The notes beneath the pieces were generated by a model that was not told the origin of the DNA, did not search any database, and was given only the letters and a program-made list of their open reading frames with translations. A stretch of DNA of 64,000 nt, taken from the NCBI GenBank assembly GCA_021155885.1, contig JAJNBB010000003.1, forward strand, positions 9,528 through 73,527, read 5' to 3'. Source of the stretch: Fibrobacteria bacterium. Lineage in GTDB: Bacteria > Fibrobacterota > Fibrobacteria > UBA11236. Shown here piece after piece: positions 1 through 11,660 of this stretch. Positions within the stretch are counted from its first letter, which is position 1; every line of letters begins with the position of its first letter. Made by a program: the position numbers and the translations under genes.

Positions 1-339
<339 letters not shown>

Positions 340-535
340 TTATGCTACTTGCTTCCGGGTTCCGTCCCGGTCGCGGGACGCTTCCGCGGAGTGGGCCGGA
401 TCGAGGCGAAAGAGCTTAAACAGGTGTAATATTACCGATTTGTTGCGTCCGGACCCGGGCCGCAAGGTAAGGATACACCGCCGCAATGCTTGGAAAAACG
501 ACGGCGGATTAAATCATTTTTATTAAAAACTTTTA

Positions 536-565
536 TTGACTTTGAGAAGCGCCGGGGTTTAAGTT
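536..565 (+). promoter_or_regulatory. candidate sigma70-type promoter for the 610-876 ORF
   Basis: TTGACT (536-541), an 18-nt spacer, then TAAGTT (560-565), in an AT-rich tract about 45 nt upstream of the ATG. Pattern match only. Confidence 0.3.
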
Positions 566-609
566 ATGGGGGAGCTTAACGAACCCTCCACCTAACGCAG
601 GAGCCGATC

Positions 610-876
610 ATGATTCGCACGATCACCGACACGAAGGATATTCCCGTTCGCATCGCCCAGGTACTCGACATGGACCATCCGCGCTGGCTGGAGAAGGTCC
701 TGCTGCTGGTGGGCTTTTACACCTCGCCCAAGCGCATGGTCCGCACCCTCCAGGTCAAAGGCAAGCGCAAGGCCCGCGTTCGGGCCATGAAACAAACAAG
801 CGTTCAGAAAAAGGCGGCGGCGAGCGTCCGCAAGGAAGGCAAGGGCGCGCGCTCTCTGATGCCTTCCATTGCCTGA
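610..876 (+). CDS. hypothetical small basic protein (88 aa)
   Basis: ORF with GGAG 7 nt upstream of the ATG and a terminator hairpin downstream. No family recognised. Confidence 0.45.
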   Translation: MIRTITDTKDIPVRIAQVLDMDHPRWLEKVLLLVGFYTSPKRMVRTLQVKGKRKARVRAMKQTSVQKKAAASVRKEGKGARSLMPSIA

Positions 877-922
877 CGAAATGGTCAGGTCCCGTCGCGG
901 TGCGAGCCGCCGCGGGCATCGG

Positions 923-958
923 AAAGCCGGACTTCTCCGCGAGGGCCGGCTTTTTTAT
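923..958. terminator. bidirectional rho-independent terminator hairpin
   Basis: AAAGCCGG (923-930) pairs with CCGGCTTT (946-953), with an A-run before and a T-run after. It sits between the convergent 610-876 ORF and cysG and overlaps the cysG stop codon. Confidence 0.6.
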
Positions 959-2280
959 TGAGGCCGGCTCAGGTTCACGACCTCGCCGATCACGATCAGG
1001 GCGGGGGAGTCGAAGCCCAGGCGCGCGGTTTCGGCCCGCAGTTCGCCCAGCGTGGTGCGGCAGAGGCGCTGTTCGGGCAGGCTGCCGTCCTGGATGGCGG
1101 CGGCGGGGGTGGCGGGTGTGTAACCCGCGCGTAGCAGCGCCGGGACGATTTCCTCAAGGCGATACAAGGCCATCAGCAGGACCAAGGTGTCGGCCTTGGG
1201 GAAATCGGGATTCGACTCGCTTCCGGCCATTCCGGAGGCCACCGCGAAGGAGCGCGCGACCCCGCGGTGGGTGAGCGGGATGCCCGCCAGCGCCGGGACC
1301 GCGACGGAGGACGTCACCCCCGGCAGCACGCGCCAGGGAATCCCGGCGGCTTCCAGGGCCAGCGCCTCCTCGAAGCCGCGGCCGAACACGAAGGGATCGC
1401 CGCCCTTGAGGCGCACCACGCGCTTGCCCGCGCGGGCGTGCTCGACCAGCTTTTCGTTGATGTGGTCCTGGCGGTGCGATTCGAAGTGCCCGCGTTTTTC
1501 CACCGGCACGAGCAGGCAGCCCGGGGGCGCGGTGTCGAGAACGGCGGGGGAGGCGAGCCGGTCGTGAAGGATCACCTCGGCGTGACGCAGCGCCTCCGCG
1601 GCGCCAAGCGTGAGCAGCGAGGGATCGCCGGGCCCCGCTCCGACCAGCAACACGGGATGGACGGTGCGGTCATTCCTTCGGGAGGACGCGGGCGCCCTCC
1701 CAATAATCGATCGCACCGCATCGGCCCCGTCCCGGCGCAGAGTCTCGGCGAGGTCGTCATAAGCCAGGGCCTCGGGTTCGGCGAGACGGTCGCGCGCTTC
1801 GGCCAGGATCTCCGCCAGCTGGCCCCATTCTTCTCCCAGCAGGGCCGAAAGCTTGCGCTTGACGTGGCGCGTCAGGGCGGGCATGCGGCCCGAGGTGCTG
1901 ACCGAAAGCGTCAGGGGGCCGCGGCGCACGACGCCCGGCACGATGAAGGTGCCGGTTTTGGCGGCGTCGGCGCGGTTGCAGGGAATGTCGGCCTCGCGGC
2001 AGAGGGCGGCGATATGGGCGTTGACGGCGGCGTCGTCGGTGCAGGCGAACACCAGCTTGCGCCCGTGGATGTCCTCGGAGTGGAAGGTCCGCTCAAGCCA
2101 TTCCAGGCCCGGCAGGAGCCTCCGGGTCGTCGCGGCCACCTCCGGCGCCACCAAGGTCACCCGCGCGCCGCAGGCCAGCAATTCGGGCAGCTTGCGCGCT
2201 GCGATGGAGCCGCCGCCGACCATCAGGACGGGTTGATCGCGCAGGTCCAGTTCCAGGGGATAATAGCGGGGAGAAGACAT
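955..2280 (-). CDS. cysG: siroheme synthase (precorrin-2 dehydrogenase/ferrochelatase fused to uroporphyrinogen-III C-methyltransferase)
   Basis: 441 aa. N-terminal Rossmann motif VGGGSIAARK. The C-terminal half has GAGPGDPSLLTLGAAEALRHAEVILHD and GGDPFVFGRG, typical of SUMT. Confidence 0.9.
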   Translation of the reverse strand: MSSPRYYPLELDLRDQPVLMVGGGSIAARKLPELLACGARVTLVAPEVAATTRRLLPGLEWLERTFHSEDIHGRKLVFACTDDAAVNAHIAALCREADIPCNRADAAKTGTFIVPGVVRRGPLTLSVSTSGRMPALTRHVKRKLSALLGEEWGQLAEILAEARDRLAEPEALAYDDLAETLRRDGADAVRSIIGRAPASSRRNDRTVHPVLLVGAGPGDPSLLTLGAAEALRHAEVILHDRLASPAVLDTAPPGCLLVPVEKRGHFESHRQDHINEKLVEHARAGKRVVRLKGGDPFVFGRGFEEALALEAAGIPWRVLPGVTSSVAVPALAGIPLTHRGVARSFAVASGMAGSESNPDFPKADTLVLLMALYRLEEIVPALLRAGYTPATPAAAIQDGSLPEQRLCRTTLGELRAETARLGFDSPALIVIGEVVNLSRPQ

Positions 2281-2451
2281 CGCAGAAAGATAGCAGGGAA
2301 TCGTAGGGGCGGATCATGATCCGCCCTTGCTTCAAATGGCACGCTGCCGTTTGTAGCAAGGGCGGGTCTTGGACTCGCCCATGCTTCACCGGGAATAGCG
2401 CCATCAACCTGGCGGCCGTGCCATGCAGGCGCCCATCCCCAAAAAGGTCCC

Positions 2452-2482
2452 AAATAAAAACGGCCCCGGTTAAGGAGGCCGT
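2452..2482 (-). terminator. rho-independent terminator after the GT2 gene
   Basis: ACGGCC (2460-2465) pairs with GGCCGT (2477-2482). The minus-strand T-run is the plus-strand A-run at 2455-2460. Confidence 0.5.
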
Positions 2483-2505
2483 CTTTGGAATCCGGATCGT
2501 TCGCG

Positions 2506-4020
<1,515 letters not shown>

Positions 4021-4187
4021 TCAGGGGTCCCGACGGGTTTATGGAGGAGTTTCGACTTCACGGCCCCAAAATTAGTTCGTCGAGGGTTCGTTTCGTATCC
4101 GAACGCCCCGATTTCTTTCCCCGCGAAGGCCGTTTCGCTGTAAGATCTTGTCACGGCGAAAACGCCCGGTCCTGTTATCTTTCGGAC

Positions 4188-4748
4188 ATGTCCGACCTTC
4201 CGGAAGAAGCCGCCCGCTCCCATAAAAGCCGTCTCAAATCGGGAACGATTCTCGTGGCGCGCGAGGCGCTCGTCGACCCTAATTTCAACAATACCATCGT
4301 GTTACTCTGCCAGTACAGCGAGGCGGGCGCTTACGGCCTGGTGCTGAACCACGCGGCGCACATGCCCTTGCACGAGATATTCGAACACCCTCCGGAGCTT
4401 TCCGGCGGGGCCTCCGGCAACCGCCGGGTCTATATCGGCGGTCCCGTCCAGTCAACGGAGCTTCAAATTCTCCAGATCGGAACCGATCCCGCGCCGGAAT
4501 CCCTGGAAATCGCGCCGGGAATCCACTTGGGAGGCGCCTGGGAGCAGGTCGAGGACTTTTTGCAACGCGATCCCCGGGATCTCCGTTTGTTCCTGGGGTA
4601 CTCGGGTTGGGGTGAGGGGCAGCTCGAGGAAGAGGTCGAGGCGGGTGCCTGGGAAGTTCATGAAACCGACATCCGCCGCTTGCTGGAAGCCCCAGAAGCG
4701 TTGTGGACCGGGGGACGCGAGCAGCTGCGGCGTTTCCTCGGGGCCTGA
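4188..4748 (+). CDS. YqgE/AlgH family protein (UPF0301)
   Basis: ILVAREALVDPNFNNTIVLLCQYSEAGAYGLVLN...GGPV...LFLGYSGWGEGQLEEE matches the family pattern. The start is moved to the internal ATG at 4188; the 5-prime part of the 4041 ORF looks non-coding. Confidence 0.8.
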   Translation: MSDLPEEAARSHKSRLKSGTILVAREALVDPNFNNTIVLLCQYSEAGAYGLVLNHAAHMPLHEIFEHPPELSGGASGNRRVYIGGPVQSTELQILQIGTDPAPESLEIAPGIHLGGAWEQVEDFLQRDPRDLRLFLGYSGWGEGQLEEEVEAGAWEVHETDIRRLLEAPEALWTGGREQLRRFLGA

Positions 4749-4934
4749 ACGGCAATTTTTGGCCCTTCGGGCCCCAGGGGTCCGCATTTCGCGAAACCTT
4801 CTTATTTTTACGAGCGAAAAGCATGCGTCCACGCCGGATTTCCGAGTGAAAATCCGCCTTGATTTCATTTAAGGCGTTGTCACTCCAAGAGATCCGTTTT
4901 TTGTCTTTGTTCCGTTTTCGAGAGGGGTTCAGCC

Positions 4935-7900
4935 ATGGATGTGAGAGGATTTCCCGCCGCGGAAGGATTATACGATCCCCGCAACGAGCATGACGCCTGC
5001 GGCGTCGGCTTTGTCGTGCATATCAAGGGAAAGAAATCCCACGAAATCGTGTCCCAGGGCATCGAGCTGCTGGTCAACCTCGAGCACCGGGGCGCCGCGG
5101 GCGCGGAATCGAATTCCGGCGACGGCGCCGGCATTCTGACCCAGGTTCCCCACAAATTCTTCGTCAAGAAGGCCGCCGAGGCGGGTTTCAAGCTCCCCGA
5201 ACCGGGGGACTACGGCGTGGGCATGGTCTCCCTCCCGGCCAAGGGCCAGGGACAGGACAAGGTCCTCGCCCTGTTCGAAAAGTGCGCCGCCGAATGCGGC
5301 CAGGAAATCATCGGCTGGCGCGACGTGCCGACCGACAACAAGGAACTGGGCGAGTCCGTGAAGTCGGTGGAGCCGGCCTGCCGCCAAGTGTTCTTCCGTC
5401 GCGGCAAGGACGCGCAGGGCAGCGCCGCCTTCGAGCGCAAGCTGTACGTCGTGCGCAAGTACGCCGAGCGCACCATCCGCGAGAGCGGCCTGCCGAACGC
5501 CGACCTGTTCTACGTCGGTTCGCTGTCGTCCAAGACCATCGTCTACAAGGGCCTGTTCACCTCGACCCAGGTGCTCGGCTACTTCGCCGACCTGACGGAC
5601 ACCGACTTCGAATCGGCGCTGGCGCTCGTGCACAGCCGTTTTTCGACCAATACCTTCCCGACGTGGCCGCTGGCCCATCCGTTCCGCTATATCGCGCACA
5701 ACGGCGAGATCAACACGCTGCGCGGCAATGAAAACTGGATGCGCGCGCGCGAGTCGTTGCTGGAGTCGGAATACTTCACCGCGGACGAGATCCGGAAGCT
5801 CCTCCCGATCATCGACCCGCGCGGTTCCGACTCGGCCAAGCTCGACAACGTCGTGGAGCTCCTGATGATGGGCGGGCGCAGCCTGCCCCACGTGATGATG
5901 ATGCTGATCCCCGAGGCGTGGGAGAAGGACCAGGAAATGGCCGTCGAGAAGCGCGCCTTCTACGAGTACCACGGCACCATCATGGAACCGTGGGACGGCC
6001 CGGCCTCGGTGGCCTTCACCGACGGCGAGATCATCGGCGCGACCCTGGACCGCAACGGCCTGCGCCCCTCGCGCTACCAGCTCAACAAGAACGACGTGCT
6101 CGTGATGGCGTCGGAGGCCGGCGTGCTGCGCTTCGCGCCCGAGGACGTCGTGCTCAAGGGCCGCCTGCAGCCCGGCAAGATGTTCGTGGTCAGCCTGGCC
6201 GAGGGCCGCATCATTCCCGACGACGAACTGAAGCACGCGATGGCCTCGCGCAAGCCCTACGGCGAGTGGCTGAAGAAGGGCAAGATCGACGTGGCCCAGC
6301 TCACGCCTCCGCGCGAAATCAAGCAGCCCGCCCCCGAGACGGTGCTGCGCCGGCAGAAGCTGTTCGGCTACACCCTCGAGGACCTCAAGATCCTGATGGG
6401 CCCGATGGTCAACGTCGGGGAAGAGGCCCTGGGATCGATGGGGAACGACGCGGCCCTGGCCGTGCTGTCGGACAAGAGCCGCAACCTCTTCGACTACTTC
6501 CACCAGCTGTTCGCGCAGGTCACGAACCCGCCGATCGACAAGGACCGCGAAGAAATGGTCATGTCCCTGACCACGTTCGTGGGCAAGGAAGACAACCTGC
6601 TGAGCGAAACCGAGCTGCACTGCCGCACGATCGAGCTCCCGCATCCCGTGCTTACCAACGACGAGCTGGAGCGCCTGCGCTGGGTCGACAAGAACCATTT
6701 CCAGGCCCGCACCATCCCGATCGTGTTCAAGGCCGCCTCCGGCGAGAACCGCCTGGAGAAGGCCCTGGAGCGCATCCGCCGCCAGGCCTCCGAGGCCGTG
6801 AACGAGGGCTACAACGTCCTCATCCTGTCGGACAAGCCGGTGGATTCCGACCACGCCGCGATCCCCTCGCTGCTGGCCGTCTCCGCCGTGCACCATCACC
6901 TGATCCGCGAGGGCCTGCGCGCCCGCTGCGGCCTCGTGATCGAGACGGGCGAGGCGCGCGAAGTGCACCACTTCGCGCTGCTCCTCGGCTACGGCGCCAG
7001 CGCCATCAACCCCTATCTCGCCTTCGAGACCATCGAGGACATGCGCCGCCGCAAGCTGTTCAAGGACGGCCTGACCCTCGAGAAGGCCGAACAGCACTAC
7101 GTGAAGGCCGTCAACAAGGGCCTGCTCAAGGTCATTTCGAAGATGGGCATTTCGACCATCCAGTCGTACATCGGCGCCCAGATCTTCGAGGCCGTGGGCG
7201 TGGGCAACGCCGTGGTCGACGAATACTTCACCGGCACGGCGTCGCGCATCGGCGGCATCGACCTGGCCACCCTCGAGGAGGAGACTTTGCTCCGCCACCG
7301 CTTCGCCTACCCGGAGCACGAGGAAGACCCGCAGGACATCGATGTCGGCGGCCAGTACCACTGGCGGCAGCGCGGCGAGCGCCACATGCTGACCCCCGAC
7401 GTGGTGCACAAGCTGCAGCACGCGGTGCGGACGGGTAATTTCAAGACCTACCAGGAGTACGCGAAGCTGATCGACGTGCAGGGCGACGCCCCGCTGACGC
7501 TGCGCGGCCTGCTGGACTTCGCCGAGAGCACCCCGGTCCCGCTCGAGGAAGTCGAGCCCGTCGAGGGCATCCTGAAGCGGTTCGCCAGCGGCGCGATGTC
7601 GTTCGGCTCCATCAGCTGGGAGGCGCACACCACGCTCGCCATGGCGATGAACCGCATCGGCGCGCGCAGCAATACCGGCGAGGGCGGGGAAGACCCCCTG
7701 CGCTTCCGGCCGATGCCGAACGGCGACAGCATGCGCTCCAGCATCAAGCAGGTGGCCTCGGGACGCTTCGGCGTGACCAGCGAATACCTGGTGAACGCGG
7801 ACGAGATCCAGATCAAGATGGCGCAGGGCGCGAAGCCCGGCGAGGGCGGCCAGCTTCCGGGCTGGAAGGTGGACAAGTTCATCGCCAAGACCCGCCACAG

Positions 7901-9464
7901 CACGGCGGGCGTGGGCCTGATTTCGCCCCCGCCGCACCATGACATCTATTCCATCGAGGACCTGGCCCAGCTGATCTACGACCTGAAGAACAGCAACGAC
8001 CAGGCCCGCATCAGCGTCAAGCTGGTGGCGGAGGTGGGCGTGGGCACCGTGGCCGCGGGCGTGGCCAAGGCGCACAGCGACGTGATCCTCATCGCGGGCT
8101 ACGACGGGGGCACGGGCGCCTCGCCGCTGACCTCGATCAAGCACGCGGGACTTCCCTGGGAGCTCGGCCTGTCCGAGGCGCACCAGGTGCTGATCAAGAA
8201 CGGCCTGCGCGATCGCGTGGTCCTGCAGACGGACGGCATGCTCCGCACCGGCCGCGACATCGCCATGGCGACCTTGCTGGGCGCCGAGGAATGGGGCGTG
8301 GCCACGGGCGGCCTGATCGCCATGGGCTGCATCATGATGCGCAAGTGCCACCTGAACACCTGCCCGGTCGGCATCGCCACGCAGGATCCCGACCTCCGCC
8401 GCCTGTTCCCGGGCGAGGTCGAGCACGTGGTGAACTTCTACAAGTTCCTCGCCGAGGATCTGCGCCAGCAAATGGCGAAGCTCGGCTTCCGCACCATCGA
8501 CGAGATGGTCGGCCGCGTGGACAAGCTCAAGGCCCGCGAGGGGGTCAAGCACTGGAAGGCGAAGCACCTCGACCTCGACAAGATCCTGCACGGGTTCGGC
8601 GAATCGAAGATCGGCAGCATGCATTGCTGCAACGCCCAGGACCACGGCCTCGAAAAGGCGCTGGACTGGGAGCTGATGAAGGCGGCGAAGCCGGCGCTGG
8701 AAGCGGGCAAGGCCGTCAAGGCCGGGTTCGAGATCCGCAACGTGCACCGCACCGTCGGCACCATCCTGTCGTCGAACGTCACCCGCAAGTACGGCGCCGC
8801 CGGCCTGCCGGACGATACCATCCACCTGAAGTTCACCGGCTCCGCCGGCCAGAGCTTCGGCGCGTTCTCGGTGCCGGGCGTCACGCTCGAGATCGAGGGC
8901 GAGGCGAACGACTACGTGGGCAAGGGCCTCTCGGGCGGCAAGATCATCGTCTATCCGCCCGCGGTCTCGACCTTCGTGCCCGCCGAAAACGTGATCGTCG
9001 GCAACGTGTGCTTCTACGGCGCCACGAGCGGCGAGGCCTACATCCGCGGCAAGGCGGGCGAGCGCTTCTGCGTGCGCAACTCCGGCGCCGAGGTGGTGGC
9101 GGAATCCTGCGGCGACCACGGCTGCGAGTACATGACCGGCGGCCGCCTGGTGCTGCTGGGCTCGATCGGGCGCAACTTCGGCGCGGGCATGAGCGGCGGC
9201 ATCGCCTACCTCTACGATCCCGACAACAAGGCCGCCGCGAACATCAACCGCGAGATGGTCGATCTCGACGAGGTGACCGAGGCCGAGGAGGCCATCGACC
9301 TCAAGTCGCGCATCGAGCGCCATCTGGAATACACGGGAAGCGTCGCCGCGAAGGAAATCCTGGCGAACTGGAAGGCCAGCCTCGCGAAGTTCGTGAAGGT
9401 GATGCCGAGGGACTACAAGCGGGCCTTGGCGGAAATGCGCGCCGAAGCCTTGGTGAAGGGGTAA
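4935..9464 (+). CDS. gltB: glutamate synthase large subunit
   Basis: 1509 aa. It has the N-terminal amidotransferase Cys (DACGVGF), then central, FMN and GXGXG C-terminal domains, and is collinear with GltB throughout. Confidence 0.97.
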   Translation: MDVRGFPAAEGLYDPRNEHDACGVGFVVHIKGKKSHEIVSQGIELLVNLEHRGAAGAESNSGDGAGILTQVPHKFFVKKAAEAGFKLPEPGDYGVGMVSLPAKGQGQDKVLALFEKCAAECGQEIIGWRDVPTDNKELGESVKSVEPACRQVFFRRGKDAQGSAAFERKLYVVRKYAERTIRESGLPNADLFYVGSLSSKTIVYKGLFTSTQVLGYFADLTDTDFESALALVHSRFSTNTFPTWPLAHPFRYIAHNGEINTLRGNENWMRARESLLESEYFTADEIRKLLPIIDPRGSDSAKLDNVVELLMMGGRSLPHVMMMLIPEAWEKDQEMAVEKRAFYEYHGTIMEPWDGPASVAFTDGEIIGATLDRNGLRPSRYQLNKNDVLVMASEAGVLRFAPEDVVLKGRLQPGKMFVVSLAEGRIIPDDELKHAMASRKPYGEWLKKGKIDVAQLTPPREIKQPAPETVLRRQKLFGYTLEDLKILMGPMVNVGEEALGSMGNDAALAVLSDKSRNLFDYFHQLFAQVTNPPIDKDREEMVMSLTTFVGKEDNLLSETELHCRTIELPHPVLTNDELERLRWVDKNHFQARTIPIVFKAASGENRLEKALERIRRQASEAVNEGYNVLILSDKPVDSDHAAIPSLLAVSAVHHHLIREGLRARCGLVIETGEAREVHHFALLLGYGASAINPYLAFETIEDMRRRKLFKDGLTLEKAEQHYVKAVNKGLLKVISKMGISTIQSYIGAQIFEAVGVGNAVVDEYFTGTASRIGGIDLATLEEETLLRHRFAYPEHEEDPQDIDVGGQYHWRQRGERHMLTPDVVHKLQHAVRTGNFKTYQEYAKLIDVQGDAPLTLRGLLDFAESTPVPLEEVEPVEGILKRFASGAMSFGSISWEAHTTLAMAMNRIGARSNTGEGGEDPLRFRPMPNGDSMRSSIKQVASGRFGVTSEYLVNADEIQIKMAQGAKPGEGGQLPGWKVDKFIAKTRHSTAGVGLISPPPHHDIYSIEDLAQLIYDLKNSNDQARISVKLVAEVGVGTVAAGVAKAHSDVILIAGYDGGTGASPLTSIKHAGLPWELGLSEAHQVLIKNGLRDRVVLQTDGMLRTGRDIAMATLLGAEEWGVATGGLIAMGCIMMRKCHLNTCPVGIATQDPDLRRLFPGEVEHVVNFYKFLAEDLRQQMAKLGFRTIDEMVGRVDKLKAREGVKHWKAKHLDLDKILHGFGESKIGSMHCCNAQDHGLEKALDWELMKAAKPALEAGKAVKAGFEIRNVHRTVGTILSSNVTRKYGAAGLPDDTIHLKFTGSAGQSFGAFSVPGVTLEIEGEANDYVGKGLSGGKIIVYPPAVSTFVPAENVIVGNVCFYGATSGEAYIRGKAGERFCVRNSGAEVVAESCGDHGCEYMTGGRLVLLGSIGRNFGAGMSGGIAYLYDPDNKAAANINREMVDLDEVTEAEEAIDLKSRIERHLEYTGSVAAKEILANWKASLAKFVKVMPRDYKRALAEMRAEALVKG

Positions 9465-9470
9465 GCGAAA

Positions 9471-10934
9471 ATGGGCAAGATCACCGGATTCAAGGAGTTC
9501 GAACGCAAGGTTCCCTCCTATCTACCTCCCGAGGAGCGCACGAAGAACTACAAGGAGTTCGTCGTGCAGCTTCCCCCCGAGGACGTGCAAACCCAGGGCG
9601 CGCGCTGCATGGACTGCGGCATTCCCTTCTGCCACACGGGCTGCCCGCTGGGCAACATCATCCCCGACTTCAACGACCACGTGTACAACGGGAAGTGGGA
9701 GGCCGCGCTCAAGTCGCTGCTCTCCACCAACAACTTCCCCGAATTCACCGGCCGCATCTGCCCCGCGCCGTGCGAATCGGCCTGCGTGCTCGGCATCAAC
9801 AAGCCCCCCGTGACGATCAAGAACATCGAGGTCTCGATCATCGACTACGCGTACGCGCAGGGCTTCATCAAGCCGAACCCGCCTCCATTCCGCACCGGCA
9901 AGAAGGTGGCGGTGGTGGGCTCCGGCCCGGCGGGCCTCGCGGCCGCCGACCAGCTCAACAAGGCCGGCCACCTCGTGACCGTGTTCGAACGCTCCGACCG
10001 CCTGGGCGGCCTGATGCGCTACGGCATTCCCGACTTCAAGCTGGGCAAGGACGTCGTGCAGCGCCGCATCGACCTGATGGTTGCCGAGGGCGTGACCTTC
10101 CGCACGAAGGCCGAGGTCGGTGTGAACGTGCCGGTTTCCGAACTCAAGGAAGGCTTCGACGCGATCGTTCTCGCCGGGGGCTCGACCCTCGCGCGCGACC
10201 TGCCGATTCCCGGCCGCGACGCGAAGGGCGTGTATCTCGCGATGGACTTCCTGCGCCAGAACAACAAGCGCGTCGCGGGCGACAAGTTCTCCCCCGAGGA
10301 AGAGATCCTGTCCACCGGCAAGAACGTCGTGGTCATCGGCGGCGGCGACACCGGGTCCGACTGCGTGGGCACGTCGATCCGCCACGGCGCCAAGACCGTC
10401 ACCCAGATCGAACTGTTGCCCAAGCCCCCCGCGGGCCGCACGGTGGAAACGCCCTGGCCCACGCACCCCGGGCCGCGCATGCTGTCCACCTCGAGTTCCC
10501 AGGCCGAAGGCTGCGAGCGCGACTGGTCCGTGCTTTCGAAGGAGTTCCTGAAGGACGCCGAGGGCAACCTCACCGGCATCCGCGCGGTGCGCCTGCAGTG
10601 GGACGGCCCGAAGTTCACCGAGATCGAGGGCAGCGAGTTCATCATGCCCGCGGAGCGCGTGTACCTCGCCATGGGCTTCCTCCACCCCGAGCACAACCTG
10701 CCGGACCAGCTGGGCGTGGCGAAGGACGAGCGCGGCAACGTCAAGGCGGGTTCGGACTACCAGACCTCGGTCCCCGGGATCTTCTCGGCGGGCGACATGC
10801 GCCGCGGTCAATCGCTGGTCGTGTGGGCCATCTCCGAGGGCCGCGAGTGCGCGCGCTTCGTGGACGAATACCTCACCGGGCAGCCCACGCGCCTCGAGTC
10901 GAAGAACCATACCATGGCCGAAGCGACGGTATAA
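9471..10934 (+). CDS. gltD: glutamate synthase small subunit (NADPH)
   Basis: 487 aa with Fe-S Cys clusters (CMDCGIPFC, CPAPCESAC) and two dinucleotide folds (VGSGPAGLAAA, VIGGGDTGSDC). It starts 6 nt after gltB. Confidence 0.95.
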   Translation: MGKITGFKEFERKVPSYLPPEERTKNYKEFVVQLPPEDVQTQGARCMDCGIPFCHTGCPLGNIIPDFNDHVYNGKWEAALKSLLSTNNFPEFTGRICPAPCESACVLGINKPPVTIKNIEVSIIDYAYAQGFIKPNPPPFRTGKKVAVVGSGPAGLAAADQLNKAGHLVTVFERSDRLGGLMRYGIPDFKLGKDVVQRRIDLMVAEGVTFRTKAEVGVNVPVSELKEGFDAIVLAGGSTLARDLPIPGRDAKGVYLAMDFLRQNNKRVAGDKFSPEEEILSTGKNVVVIGGGDTGSDCVGTSIRHGAKTVTQIELLPKPPAGRTVETPWPTHPGPRMLSTSSSQAEGCERDWSVLSKEFLKDAEGNLTGIRAVRLQWDGPKFTEIEGSEFIMPAERVYLAMGFLHPEHNLPDQLGVAKDERGNVKAGSDYQTSVPGIFSAGDMRRGQSLVVWAISEGRECARFVDEYLTGQPTRLESKNHTMAEATV

Positions 10935-10955
10935 CCGCCGCCTTCGGGATCCTTG

Positions 10956-10988
10956 AAACCCCGCCTGTCCTGCAGGCGGGGTTTTTTC
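10956..10988 (+). terminator. rho-independent terminator after gltD
   Basis: CCCCGCCTG (10959-10967) pairs with CAGGCGGGG (10973-10981), followed by T6. Confidence 0.75.
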
Positions 10989-11021
10989 ATGGCGGCGCCC
11001 GCCGACTTGTATGTTAACCGC

Positions 11022-11642
11022 ATGTCCAACTGGGTCCTCGACTTCGTGCAGGCCGCCGGGTACCCCGGAATCGCGCTGCTGATGTTCCTCGAAACCGTCT
11101 TTCCGCCCATTCCCTCCGAAATCATCATGCCGCTGGCGGGCTACCTCGCGGCCCGGGGACAATTTTCCCTGTGGGGCATCACGCTCGCGGGGACGGCGGG
11201 TTCGGTGCTGGGAGCCTCTGCCCTGTACGCGGTGGGCAGGGCGGTCCCGCTGTCGACACTGGAAGCGTGGGCTGCGCGGCATGGCCGCTGGCTGACTGTT
11301 TCGCGGGAGGACATCGGCCGCGCGGAAAAATGGTTCAAGCGCCGCGGGGGGTGGGCGGTATTCCTGGGACGCCTCGTGCCCGGGATCCGCTCCTTGATTT
11401 CGATCCCGGCGGGACTGGGTAAAATGGGCCTCGTTCCCTTTTTAATGTGGACGACGGCCGGCTCGGCGCTTTGGACCGCGATCCTGGCGGGAACCGGGTA
11501 CGTCCTGGGTTCGCGCTTCCGGGCCATCGACAAGGTGCTGGACCCCCTGGCCTGGGTCGCCTTCGGCGTGCTGGCCGCCTGGTACCTCGTGCGCATCCTT
11601 CGCCACCCCGGGACGCGGGCCGGGCGCCGCTCGAAGTCCTGA
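11022..11642 (+). CDS. DedA family inner-membrane protein
   Basis: GYPGIALLMFLETVFPPIPSEIIMPLAGYL is the DedA signature. The start is set to ATG 11022 because the longer ORF would read through the gltD terminator. Confidence 0.75.
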   Translation: MSNWVLDFVQAAGYPGIALLMFLETVFPPIPSEIIMPLAGYLAARGQFSLWGITLAGTAGSVLGASALYAVGRAVPLSTLEAWAARHGRWLTVSREDIGRAEKWFKRRGGWAVFLGRLVPGIRSLISIPAGLGKMGLVPFLMWTTAGSALWTAILAGTGYVLGSRFRAIDKVLDPLAWVAFGVLAAWYLVRILRHPGTRAGRRSKS

Positions 11643-11660
11643 GCGTGTATCTTAGGCCCC

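Noticed and set aside
4968-9323. A 1451-aa minus-strand ORF antisense to gltB, plus similar long ORFs at 8291-11017, 9522-11282, 21016-23103, 44454-46391, 45554-48193, 49388-50656, 50918-52657 and 54914-58258.
   Set aside because: These are shadow ORFs typical of GC-rich DNA. Their translations are low-complexity Arg/Gly/Ala/His/Asp-rich strings with no motifs. The opposite or alternative frame encodes clearly recognisable proteins (GltB, GltD, CcoNO, PHP/GT2, TPR, the giant surface protein, CarB).
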